Assembly (NCBI GenBank): GCA_016235455.1
Contig: JACRKZ010000173.1
Location: forward strand, 1-21,708
DNA length: 21,708 bases
Source of the DNA: Armatimonadota bacterium
GTDB taxonomy: Bacteria; Armatimonadota; UBA10988
Direction of reading: 5' to 3'
Shown: in pieces, positions 8,542 to 17,504 of the stretch
Layout of the letters: each line of letters begins with the position of its first letter
Position numbering within the stretch: the first letter of the stretch is position 1
Made by a program: the position numbers and the translations under genes
Notes under the pieces: model-generated
The model's input: only the letters and a program-made list of their open reading frames with translations
Databases searched by the model: none
What the model was told of the DNA's origin: nothing

Positions 8542-10173
8542 CTACTCCACGGGTCGTTTGACCAACTCCACACCGGCGGGCACCGTCACCTCGTAGCGAC
8601 CCGTGGCCCGGTCCACATCGACCGTCACCGGACCGCGCGGCGTCGGCACCCGGCCCTTGGCCCAGGCCAGCCCACCCAGATGCGGCCGGACAACGACCTT
8701 GGCATAGCCCGGCGCGGCCGGCTGCACGCCCAGCACCCAGCGCGCGCACAGATTGGCCGGCGCGGCACCCCAGGCATGGTTCCAGGTCAGGTTGCCCTTG
8801 AACTTCGCGTCCCAGGCTTCGAGCGTCATGGTCGAGCCCACGTTCAGCATGTTGGCCCACGAGCGCGGGCCGCTCGCGCGCAGCAGCTTCACCGCCGCCT
8901 CGCCCCGACCCGCAGCGAACAGGCCGTCCAGCAGGTACTGCGCGCCGTAGACGCTGCAAGCCATGCCGCGACTGACCACGAAGTCGGCCACACTGTCACG
9001 ATGCTGCGCGGGCACCAGTCCAAAGGCCAGCGCGAAGGCATTGCCATGCAGCGAGGCGTGCGCGCAGCCTTCCCCGTCCACGTAGACGCCGCGCGCCTCG
9101 TCGTAGAACGCGCCCTGGAAGGCCACCAGCGCCTGGGCATAGCGCATGCGCAGTTCGACGGCGTCATGCACTCGGCCGGTGGCCTCCGCCAACTCGGCGG
9201 TAGCCCGCACCGCAGCCAGGTAGAAGGCGTTCACGACGGTGTTAACCTCGGGACCCACCTGCCGTTTGTCATGCGGATCGACCTTGCCCTCGCCGTAGCC
9301 GTCGCGTTCGCCCACGGGCCAGTCCACGATGCCGCAGGCGGCCAGCAGACCATCGGGCCTGGCCTTGTCCATCAGCAGCTTGCGGCGCAACGCGTCCCAA
9401 TGGTCGTCGGCCAGCTTGGCGCTGCCGGTGGCCATCCAGTCGGCGTGAGCCACCAGCGGCATGTGCAGGCTCCACTCGGTGGGCCAGGTGGGCTGAGCCA
9501 GCAAGTGCTCGAACGTGCGCCGCGCGGTCTCATACTCAGCGTCGACAGCGTAGTGACTTAGTTGGTTCAGGTAGGCGTCGGCTTCGTACGGAATGCGCTC
9601 GCGCTCGCCGTCGATGTAGACGCCGAAGGCGGTCGTGGCGACGATGGTGTGGCGACACAGCTCCCAGACACGGTTGAGCGTCGGGTCGGAGCACTCGAAG
9701 GAAGCGGCATCGGGATTGTGTGGCACATGGACGGCCAGCAGCCGCACCTGGTCCGCCGTCAGCTCGCCGGGCCAGCCGGCGATCTCGGCGGCGCGGAAGA
9801 CGGTCACCTCGCCAATCGACGCGGGCATGTGCACCGCCGCCTTGTCGCTGTGTCGCGGCTGGGCGGGGATGGCGAGCCGATGTACGACGCGGCCGGGCTG
9901 CAGGTCCAGCGCGAACGAACGGTAGATGACGCTGCCGGGCGGCTTGGCGTCGAGCGCCTGCGGGCCGCCGAGCTTCTCGCCGAGGTGCACGGTGACCTGG
10001 GTGGGCTGCGCCACGTCGGCGCGCAGTTCGAGCGTGCCATACCAGGCGCGGCCGAAGTCGACGAACCACACGCCGTCCGCCCGCCTGGCCACGGTCACCG
10101 GCGCGTAGGGGAACACCCGCATCGGCGGCTCGGCGTCGGCCAGCAGGCCCAGGGTCAGTATCAGCGGGTACAT
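8542..10173 (-). CDS. Alpha-L-rhamnosidase family glycoside hydrolase (GH78), probably secreted
   Basis: VDFGR, FECSDPTLNRVW, DGERERIPYEAD, DWP, TLEAW, NHAWG, VPTPRG motifs; short hydrophobic N-terminus; AGGAG upstream. Confidence 0.88.
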   Translation of the reverse strand: MYPLILTLGLLADAEPPMRVFPYAPVTVARRADGVWFVDFGRAWYGTLELRADVAQPTQVTVHLGEKLGGPQALDAKPPGSVIYRSFALDLQPGRVVHRLAIPAQPRHSDKAAVHMPASIGEVTVFRAAEIAGWPGELTADQVRLLAVHVPHNPDAASFECSDPTLNRVWELCRHTIVATTAFGVYIDGERERIPYEADAYLNQLSHYAVDAEYETARRTFEHLLAQPTWPTEWSLHMPLVAHADWMATGSAKLADDHWDALRRKLLMDKARPDGLLAACGIVDWPVGERDGYGEGKVDPHDKRQVGPEVNTVVNAFYLAAVRATAELAEATGRVHDAVELRMRYAQALVAFQGAFYDEARGVYVDGEGCAHASLHGNAFALAFGLVPAQHRDSVADFVVSRGMACSVYGAQYLLDGLFAAGRGEAAVKLLRASGPRSWANMLNVGSTMTLEAWDAKFKGNLTWNHAWGAAPANLCARWVLGVQPAAPGYAKVVVRPHLGGLAWAKGRVPTPRGPVTVDVDRATGRYEVTVPAGVELVKRPVE

Positions 10174-10283
10174 GGCGGCTCCTGTCTGGCAGCAGTGTAC
10201 CTGATGGGCCGGTGGTAGCGCGAGAGGTGCAGGCCCGGCCGGCGAGCGGTGTAGTGATGATAGGCATTGAGCGGGAATGAGCC

Positions 10284-10499
10284 TTGAAGCAGTACGTGGC
10301 CATCATCGGATGGGCGGGCAGCAACGACTCGGCGTATCTGCCTGATCTGCCGGGCTGCATCAGCACGGGCGGCACCGTCGAGGAGACCGAAGCCAACCTG
10401 CGATAAGCGGTGGTGCTGTACCTTGAGGCACTGGCCGAGGACGGCATCGAGCCACCCGAACCCCGCGCCTCCACGTGCGAGATCAGCGTCGCCGCCTGA
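10284..10499 (+). pseudogene. hicB: HicB-family (type II TA) antitoxin with in-frame TAA at 10404-10406; no hicA partner
   Basis: Manual translation from TTG: [70 protein letters not shown]; PDLPGC..G.T.EE and EDG..P.EP are HicB hallmarks. Not in ORF track. Confidence 0.85.
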
Positions 10500-10574
10500 C
10501 CCCCACGCCAGAGCCAACGCAGTTGGCCACGCCCTACGCCACGAGCGAAGGGAGCCCCCTCCCAACCCCGCACC

Positions 10575-10603
10575 TCGACGAGATCGCGCCCCGCGTCTAC
10601 AAT
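10575..10603 (+). promoter_or_regulatory. Putative sigma70-type promoter of proS
   Basis: TCGACG, 17-bp spacer, TACAAT, 27 nt upstream of ATG 10631. Confidence 0.55.
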
Positions 10604-10630
10604 GGGCGGTCACAAAGGGACGGTTCTCTC

Positions 10631-12118
10631 ATGGCTAAGGAAAAGCGGGACGAAAAGGCCATCTGCCCACGCGGCGAAGACTACAGCCGCTGGTACACCG
10701 ACCTGGTGCAACGCGCCGAGCTGGCTGACTACAGCCCGGTGCCGGGTTGCATGGTCATCCGCCCGAACGGCATGGCGCTGTGGGAGAACATCCGCGACGC
10801 GCTGGACGGCATGTTCCGCGAGACGGGCCACCAGAACGCCTACTTCCCCATGCTCATCCCCGTCGAGTTCCTGGCCAAGGAGGCCGCGCACGTCGAGGGC
10901 TTCGCCATGGAGTGCGGCGTGGTCACGCATTCGGGCCTGGAGCCCGACGGCGAGGGCGGGCTGCGACCCAAGGGCAAGCTGGACTCGCCGTTCATCCTGC
11001 GACCCACTAGCGAAACCATCATCTGGCACATGTACGGCCAGTGGATCCAGTCCTATCGCGACCTGCCCATCCTCATCAACCAGTGGGCCAACGTCATGCG
11101 ATGGGAGATGCGCACGCGCCTCTTCCTGCGTACCCGCGAATTTCTCTGGCAGGAGGGTCATACCGCGCATGCCAACGGCGAAGAGGCCGTGGCCGAAGCG
11201 CTGACCATCCTGGAGGTCTATCGTCGGTTTGCCGAGGACTACATGGCCGTGCCCGTGCTCACCGGCTACAAGAGCGAGGCGGAGAAGTTCGCCGGCGCGG
11301 TGACCACCTACTGCATCGAGGCCATGACGCAGGACAAGCGCGCCATCCAGGCCGGCACCAGCCACTACCTGGGCCAGAACTTCGCGAAGGCCTTCGATGT
11401 CACCTTCCAGACCGAGGCCAACGAGCGCGACTACGTCTACGCCACCTCGTGGGGCGTCAGCACGCGGCTCATCGGCGCGCTGATCATGGCCCACAGCGAT
11501 GACAAGGGCCTGGTCATCCCGCCGCGCCTGGCGCGCACCAAGGTTGTGGTCGTGCCCATCGCCCGCAAGGACGAGGACAAGGCCGTGGTCATGCCCGTCG
11601 TCGAGCAATTGCGCGCCGAGCTCAAGTCGCTGGGCGTCAAGGTCGACGACGACCCCAACCGCTCGCCCGGATTCAAGTTCGCCGAGCACGAATTGCGCGG
11701 CGTGCCGCTGCGCATTGAGATCGGCCGCCGCGATGTCGAGGCCGGCCAGCTCACGTTGGCCCGGCGCGATACCGGCGAGAAGGTCACGCTGCCCCTCGGC
11801 GGCGACCTGCTGGGCGCCGTGTCGGAGTTGCTGGAGCAGATCCAGGCCGACCTGTTCGCCAAGGCGCTGGCCTTCCGCGACGAGAACATGCACACGGCCG
11901 ACAGCTACGACGAGTTCAAGCAGATCCTCGGCGCCGAAGGCGGCGCGGGCTTCATCCGCGCCCATTGGGACGGCACGAGCGAGACCGAGAAGCGCATCCA
12001 GGAAGAGACCGGCGCCACCATCCGCGTCATCCAGGCGCGCGACGACGACGAGCCCGGTGTCTGCATGGTGACCGGCGCCCCGTCGGCACGGCGCGTGGTG
12101 TTCGCTCGGTCGTACTGA
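10631..12118 (+). CDS. proS: Proline--tRNA ligase, archaeal/eukaryotic type (no INS editing domain)
   Basis: [41 protein letters not shown] (motif 2), QAGTSH, SWGVSTR (motif 3), C-terminal FARSY. Start at MAKEK after AAGGGA. Confidence 0.97.
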   Translation: MAKEKRDEKAICPRGEDYSRWYTDLVQRAELADYSPVPGCMVIRPNGMALWENIRDALDGMFRETGHQNAYFPMLIPVEFLAKEAAHVEGFAMECGVVTHSGLEPDGEGGLRPKGKLDSPFILRPTSETIIWHMYGQWIQSYRDLPILINQWANVMRWEMRTRLFLRTREFLWQEGHTAHANGEEAVAEALTILEVYRRFAEDYMAVPVLTGYKSEAEKFAGAVTTYCIEAMTQDKRAIQAGTSHYLGQNFAKAFDVTFQTEANERDYVYATSWGVSTRLIGALIMAHSDDKGLVIPPRLARTKVVVVPIARKDEDKAVVMPVVEQLRAELKSLGVKVDDDPNRSPGFKFAEHELRGVPLRIEIGRRDVEAGQLTLARRDTGEKVTLPLGGDLLGAVSELLEQIQADLFAKALAFRDENMHTADSYDEFKQILGAEGGAGFIRAHWDGTSETEKRIQEETGATIRVIQARDDDEPGVCMVTGAPSARRVVFARSY

Positions 12119-12131
12119 GCGGGAGCAACAG

Positions 12132-13604
12132 ATGGAGGCTCGGACCGCGCTCGACCTGCACATCCGCGCGCGCTATCCGATCCTCTATCTGCCCACGGCC
12201 GAGGAGGAACGCGCCGAGGACGACATCCGCGCCGTGGCCGAGGCTTGGCGTCCGGCTTGGCGCGTGTTCGTGTGGGACGCGGTGCATGGCTTTGTGGGCG
12301 TTGAGGGGAGCCGCGGCATGCCGCTGCCGGCGCTGGAGTTCATCGCCGCCCAATCGCCCGAGCAGCCGGCGCTGTTCATCCTGCGCGACTTCCACCACTA
12401 CCTGCGCGACGCCCAGGTAGCGCGGCATCTGCGCAATCTGGCCACGCTGCTACGCTCGCGGCGGCAGACCACCATCCTGCTCTCGCCCGTGGTGGAGATC
12501 CCGCCCACCTTGACCGAGGACATCACCGTCCTCGACTATCCTCTCCCCGATGGGGCCACCATCGCCGAGCACCTGCACGAGCTGCTCGGCGGGCTCGAAA
12601 CACGCCTGGAGAGCGGCACCAGCGAGGCCCTGGTCAAGGCCTGCGCGGGCATGACGCTGAACCGCATCGGCCAGGTGGTGCGCAAGGCGCTGGCCGCCAC
12701 GGGCACGCTGGATGAGCGCACCATCGACCTCGTCCTCGATGAGAAGCGCCAGGTCATCCGCCGCACCGAGGTGCTCGAGTTCATCGCCTCGACCGACGAC
12801 CTGGATGACATCGGCGGCCTGCACGGGCTCAAGGCCTGGCTCGAGCGCCGCGCCATGGCGTTCACCGAACGCGCGCGCCGCTACGGCCTGCCGCACCCCA
12901 AGGGCCTGCTGCTGGTGGGCATCCAGGGCACGGGCAAGTCGCTCAGCGCCAAGGCCACCGCGCAACTGCTGCGCGTGCCACTGCTGCGGCTCGATGTCGG
13001 CCGGCTGATGGGCAGCCTGGTGGGTGAGAGCGAGAGCCGCGCCCGCGAGATGATCCGCGTGGCCGAGGCCATGGCGCCGGTCGTCCTGTGGATCGACGAG
13101 ATCGACAAAGGCTTCCGCGGCGTGAGCAGCAGCTTCACCGGCGACAGCGGCACCAGCGCGCGTGTGTTCGGCACGCTGATCACCTGGATGCAGGAGAAGA
13201 CCAGCCCGGTGTTCGTCGTGGCCACGGCCAACAACATCGACGTGCTGCCGCCCGAGTTGCTTCGTAAGGGACGGTTCGACGAGATCTTCTTCGTCGACCT
13301 GCCCACCGAACCCGAGCGCCGCGAGATCCTCGATGTGCACCTGCGCCGCCGTCGCGAGCATCGCTTGCGCGACTTCGACATCCCGACGCTGGCCGCCGCC
13401 AGTGCGGGCTACAGCGGCGCGGAACTGGAACAGGCCATCGTCGATGCCATGTATGTAGGCTTCGACGAGAAGCGCGAGTTCACCACCGACGACGTCGCCA
13501 CCGCCCTCGCCGCGACCGTTCCGCTGTCGCGCACCAAGCAACTCGAGATCGACGCGCTGCGGCACTGGGCAGCGGATGGTAACGTACGACATAGCAGCCT
13601 GTAA
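12132..13604 (+). CDS. Ycf46-like AAA+ ATPase (degenerate N-terminal AAA module plus intact C-terminal module)
   Basis: RARYPILYL...EEER, LRDFH, IGGL..LK.WL, Walker A GIQGTGKS, Walker [17 protein letters not shown]; GGGAG upstream; 13 bp after proS. Confidence 0.9.
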   Translation: MEARTALDLHIRARYPILYLPTAEEERAEDDIRAVAEAWRPAWRVFVWDAVHGFVGVEGSRGMPLPALEFIAAQSPEQPALFILRDFHHYLRDAQVARHLRNLATLLRSRRQTTILLSPVVEIPPTLTEDITVLDYPLPDGATIAEHLHELLGGLETRLESGTSEALVKACAGMTLNRIGQVVRKALAATGTLDERTIDLVLDEKRQVIRRTEVLEFIASTDDLDDIGGLHGLKAWLERRAMAFTERARRYGLPHPKGLLLVGIQGTGKSLSAKATAQLLRVPLLRLDVGRLMGSLVGESESRAREMIRVAEAMAPVVLWIDEIDKGFRGVSSSFTGDSGTSARVFGTLITWMQEKTSPVFVVATANNIDVLPPELLRKGRFDEIFFVDLPTEPERREILDVHLRRRREHRLRDFDIPTLAAASAGYSGAELEQAIVDAMYVGFDEKREFTTDDVATALAATVPLSRTKQLEIDALRHWAADGNVRHSSL

Positions 13605-13634
13605 CGATTCGAGAAAACGACGCTCTGGGGCCTC

Positions 13635-13663
13635 TTGACACGCCCGTCGCGGCGCGACACACT
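13635..13663 (+). promoter_or_regulatory. Putative sigma70-type promoter of prepilin gene 1
   Basis: TTGACA, 17-bp spacer, CACACT. Confidence 0.6.
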
Positions 13664-13717
13664 TTTGGCAGGCGGCGCTCCGCCGGGGAGTCGCCCATTC
13701 CTCCAGGAGGTGTCATC

Positions 13718-14323
<606 letters not shown>

Positions 14324-14353
14324 CCACCCAACCCGACTGAACTGTGTCCATGA

Positions 14354-14384
14354 CGAGGCGGGCGACCGAGGGTCGCCCGCCTCG
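14354..14384 (+). terminator. Intrinsic terminator-like hairpin after prepilin gene 1
   Basis: Perfect 14-bp stem cgaggcgggcgacc / ggtcgcccgcctcg, then cgctctttgt. Confidence 0.7.
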
Positions 14385-14412
14385 CGCTCTTTGTGGCCCG
14401 CCCTATCTCAGA

Positions 14413-14448
14413 TTGACGATCGCCTTCGGCAGCGACACAATCGATTGT
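14413..14448 (+). promoter_or_regulatory. Putative promoter of prepilin gene 2 with overlapping palindromic operator
   Basis: TTGACG, 17-bp spacer, CACAAT (14436-14441); perfect palindrome ACAATCGATTGT at 14437-14448. Confidence 0.6.
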
Positions 14449-14503
14449 TAAGGGCCTGGTGCGCCTGCCACGGCAGGCGGCCACATCGCCCAAGGAGCCG
14501 AAC

Positions 14504-15091
14504 ATGGCACGACGACGTGGATTCACTCTCATCGAACTGTTGGTTGTCATCGCGATCATCGCCATCCTGGCCGCGATTCTGTTCCCTGTCTTCGCCAAGG
14601 CCCGCGAGAAGGCGCGCGCCGCCAGCTGTCTGAGCAACACCAAGCAGCAATCCCTGGCCATGCTGCAGTATGTACAGGACTACGACGAGACTTACCCGCA
14701 CGACTGGAACGACCCGGTCGGCTTCACCGGGTTCGTGTTCGAACGGCTCGACCCGTACATCAAGAACACGCAGGTCTGGGCGTGTCCGTCGGGCAGCTTC
14801 ACCTGGGGCGCCAAGCCGTCGCCGTTGAGCTACGGGATCAACGCCTTCATCACCGGCCCCTGGAACGTCGGTGGCCAGTCGAAGTCGATGTCGGCCATCG
14901 ACCGCCCGGCGGAGACCGTGATCATCTTCGAAAGCAACTGGGTCGACGGCAACTACCCCTATCAGGAAGCTTGGGGCGCGGCCTACCGTGCGGCCTACCG
15001 CCATATGGACGGCGGCAACCTGTGCTTCTGCGACGGTCACTCCAAGTGGATGAAGGACACCAACTGGCAGGCCATGCGCTGGAATCCGTAG
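14504..15091 (+). CDS. Prepilin-type N-terminal cleavage/methylation protein with C-terminal H-X9-DG motif (DUF1559-type), copy 2
   Basis: First 38 aa identical to copy 1; [14 protein letters not shown]; AAGGAG precedes ATG 14504. Confidence 0.93.
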   Translation: MARRRGFTLIELLVVIAIIAILAAILFPVFAKAREKARAASCLSNTKQQSLAMLQYVQDYDETYPHDWNDPVGFTGFVFERLDPYIKNTQVWACPSGSFTWGAKPSPLSYGINAFITGPWNVGGQSKSMSAIDRPAETVIIFESNWVDGNYPYQEAWGAAYRAAYRHMDGGNLCFCDGHSKWMKDTNWQAMRWNP

Positions 15092-15115
15092 GCTACCGCG
15101 CCGCTGACAAATCGA

Positions 15116-15146
15116 CACGGCCGGCGGGTTCAGCCCGCCGGCCGTG
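15116..15146. terminator. Hairpin between convergent genes
   Basis: Perfect 13-bp stem cacggccggcggg / cccgccggccgtg with 5-nt loop; no U-tract. Confidence 0.6.
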
Positions 15147-15167
15147 CCCGTTGGGCCGCTACAGCCG

Positions 15168-17423
15168 TTACCTGGCCAGCGGCCGGATCGGCTTGGTGTA
15201 GTCACCGATCGGCCCTAGCTGCACGTTGCCCGCCGGCCCGTTGTCGATGGGCGCGATGGGCAGCTCGATGACCTGGCCCTGGAAGGTCGCGCGCTCACAG
15301 CGCTCGCGCAGGCCCGAGGTGCCCAGGCTGCGCCAGAACGGGAACAGATCCTCGCCCACGGCGATGGACATGGTCTCGATGCACTCGTCCCAGGTCTCGC
15401 GATGGCCGGGATCATCCGCCCAGCGTGTCGAGCGCACCCAGTACCAGCGCGGGTACCAGGTCGGGCCGTAGCGATCCTCGATCTTCTGCCAGGCGTACCA
15501 CATCTTGGTCCACTGGTTGCCGTACCCGAAGACCTTGCGCGCCGCCTCGGTTTCGTACTCGGTGGCCAGGTCCTGCTTGCGTCCGGCCTTCTGTTCGGCT
15601 TCCAGGTAGGTGTTGCAGTTGCGGTTGGCCTGGTTGGTCTCGCCCGAGAACAGCGCGTTCAGTTTGCCCTGGAACCAGCCGGCCTGCGACTCGCCCTGGT
15701 TGCCAAAGGGGATGTTGCCGCAGACCTTGCCCTGCGCATTGGCCGGGCCAGTCATGGTGTGCGCCATCTCGTGACCAAACACGCCCAGGATGCTCAGCGG
15801 CTCATACTCGATGACCGCGGCGGCCTTGGGCCGCGGGTTGATGGCCCAGCCGCCGCCGCCGCCGGCGCACAGCACGATGACGTACGGCTCCGCGGCGAAC
15901 TTGGTGGGGAACCACGCGGCCACCTGCTTGGCGCCACGCTCCAGGTCGCGGTCGATGAGCTGGCGGACGCTGGCCGGCTGGTTGTCCGCGTAGTAGACCA
16001 GCACGCTGCCGGCGCGCTTCTCGAGCTCGGGGTAGATGCCCACGCCGCCGATTCCGGGCAGCTTGCCGTCGCCGCCGACGGGCGGCTTGCCGGCGGCCAG
16101 CCAGGCCATCGTCTCCCGCAGCAGCGCGCGCTTGGCCGCGGCCACGTCGGCGGCATCGTTACCGCCGGCGTTGAACGGCGCATTGCCCTCAGCCAGCACG
16201 ATGCGGCCCTTGCCGTAGGCGCGACGGGCGCGGATGGGCGCGCCACCCTGGCCCTTGGCCAGCACTTCCCAGTCGGCCGACAGCTTGAGCGCGGCCACCC
16301 GCCCGGCCGGGCTGGTCTCTGCCGTCGGCGTGCAGGCCGCGCCATAGCGGCCCAGCATCTGGTTCAGGCTCCAGCCATCGGCCGCAGCCTGGTCAGCGGG
16401 CCGGCCGCCGAACACCAGCACGCCACCTCCAGCCTTGATGAACGCCTCCAGCGCGGCCTGCTCGGCCGGCGTGTAGGTCTGCGCCTTGAGATCCTGCTGA
16501 CCCGTGATCACCACGTTGAACGGCGCCGCCGGCCACCAGGCGAACGGCTCGAGCGAGTCGACCGCGAGCCGCACACGGCACGGCTTGCCGGGCGTGAGCA
16601 CACTGCCCAGCGAGGCGTCGGAGGTGCAGGCGCGATAGCCTGCGCCGCGCAGCTCGCCGCGCAGGCCCCACAGCACCACGAACTGCGTCTGGTGGCTCTG
16701 GTCGACCAGCACGTTGATGCCCGTGTCGTTGGCCGGCAGGCTCTCGGTACACCAGGTCAATTTGGCCGTGAGCCCGGCGGGGATGGTCTCGCCACGTGCC
16801 ATGTAGGCTTCCACCTCGGCCCGCTGCTTGGCGCGTTCGGCCTCCAGCTGGGCGCTCTTGGCCAACAGATCGCGCTGGGCGCCGGTCAAGGCGGGCCGAG
16901 TGAGCAGCGCGCCGCCCAGGATGACGCGCTCGGTGCTGCCGGGCACTTGCCAGGCCACGGCCAGGTGGTTGCCGCCGCCGCCCTGCTTGTGCAGCACGCG
17001 CAGCAGGTAGCGTCGACCCGCGGTCAGATCGATCGGCGCCGACTTCTGACCGGGCTGCTGGTCGAAGGTCCGGGGGTCGGTGTAGCCGCTGACCTGCGCG
17101 ATGCGGCGCAGCGTGTTGGGCTGGTCGTCGGTAGACAGGTACAGCTCGCTGCTGTCGTCGCTGGCCACGAAGAAGGTGTAGGCACCGGTGGCCGGCGCGG
17201 TCACCAGGGCCGTCACCTGCGTGCCATAGCTGTTGCCCAGGTCCTCATAGTCCAGCGCGGTCAGGAAGCGCAGACTCTCGGGACCGGCAGCGTACTTGGC
17301 GGAGCCGGTCAGATCGGCCACGCCGTCGCCGTCCAGGCCCTGCCACATCTCCAGCAGGGCTCCCGGCTCGGCCAACGCACCGCCCGCCAGGGCCAGGGCC
17401 AGACTGATGGTGAGTACCCGCAT
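15168..17423 (-). CDS. Secreted PA14-domain protein with GIFT/class I GATase-like middle domain and C-terminal HExxH zinc metallopeptidase-like domain
   Basis: Sec signal ending ALA; PA14 motifs APATGAYTFFVASDDSSELYLS and LHKQGGGGNHLAVAW; VLVDQSH, LEAFIKAGGGVLVFG, YGKGRIVL; GHEMAH at 15759-15773; AGGAG upstream. Confidence 0.8.
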   Translation of the reverse strand: MRVLTISLALALAGGALAEPGALLEMWQGLDGDGVADLTGSAKYAAGPESLRFLTALDYEDLGNSYGTQVTALVTAPATGAYTFFVASDDSSELYLSTDDQPNTLRRIAQVSGYTDPRTFDQQPGQKSAPIDLTAGRRYLLRVLHKQGGGGNHLAVAWQVPGSTERVILGGALLTRPALTGAQRDLLAKSAQLEAERAKQRAEVEAYMARGETIPAGLTAKLTWCTESLPANDTGINVLVDQSHQTQFVVLWGLRGELRGAGYRACTSDASLGSVLTPGKPCRVRLAVDSLEPFAWWPAAPFNVVITGQQDLKAQTYTPAEQAALEAFIKAGGGVLVFGGRPADQAAADGWSLNQMLGRYGAACTPTAETSPAGRVAALKLSADWEVLAKGQGGAPIRARRAYGKGRIVLAEGNAPFNAGGNDAADVAAAKRALLRETMAWLAAGKPPVGGDGKLPGIGGVGIYPELEKRAGSVLVYYADNQPASVRQLIDRDLERGAKQVAAWFPTKFAAEPYVIVLCAGGGGGWAINPRPKAAAVIEYEPLSILGVFGHEMAHTMTGPANAQGKVCGNIPFGNQGESQAGWFQGKLNALFSGETNQANRNCNTYLEAEQKAGRKQDLATEYETEAARKVFGYGNQWTKMWYAWQKIEDRYGPTWYPRWYWVRSTRWADDPGHRETWDECIETMSIAVGEDLFPFWRSLGTSGLRERCERATFQGQVIELPIAPIDNGPAGNVQLGPIGDYTKPIRPLAR

Positions 17424-17471
17424 TGCGCTTCTCCTCTGTAGCCGCGCCCTGGCGGCACTGCCCGGCCGCGG

Positions 17472-17504
17472 CTACCGCCAACCGGCGCCTACCGCCAACC
17501 GGCG
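17472..17504. repeat. Tandem duplication (16-bp unit, 17-bp period) of the last codons and stop of the upstream gene
   Basis: ctaccgccaaccggcg at 17472-17487 and 17489-17504. Confidence 0.85.

Noticed and set aside
10211-10222. T-box-like sequence GGTGGTAGCGCG upstream of proS
   Set aside because: Lacks the conserved UGGNACC, has no room for stem I before the divergent GH78 start, and is separated from proS by hicB and a closer promoter.
10500-10564. Short ccacgcc repeats and small hairpins between hicB and proS as a possible ncRNA
   Set aside because: Stems of only 5-6 bp in GC-rich DNA, no recognisable RNA family features.
10475-10630. N-terminal extensions in the ORF track (proS from 10475, MFS from 5684, membrane protein from 3136, prepilin 2 from 14459, dgt from 18497, URO-D-like from 19033)
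   Set aside because: Downstream starts have SD sequences or match family N-termini; the extensions overlap promoters or opposite-strand genes.
13600-13625. Possible LacI-like sites (tgtaacgattcg, gaaaacgacg) upstream of prepilin gene 1
   Set aside because: Only weakly palindromic and poor match to the 14437 palindrome.
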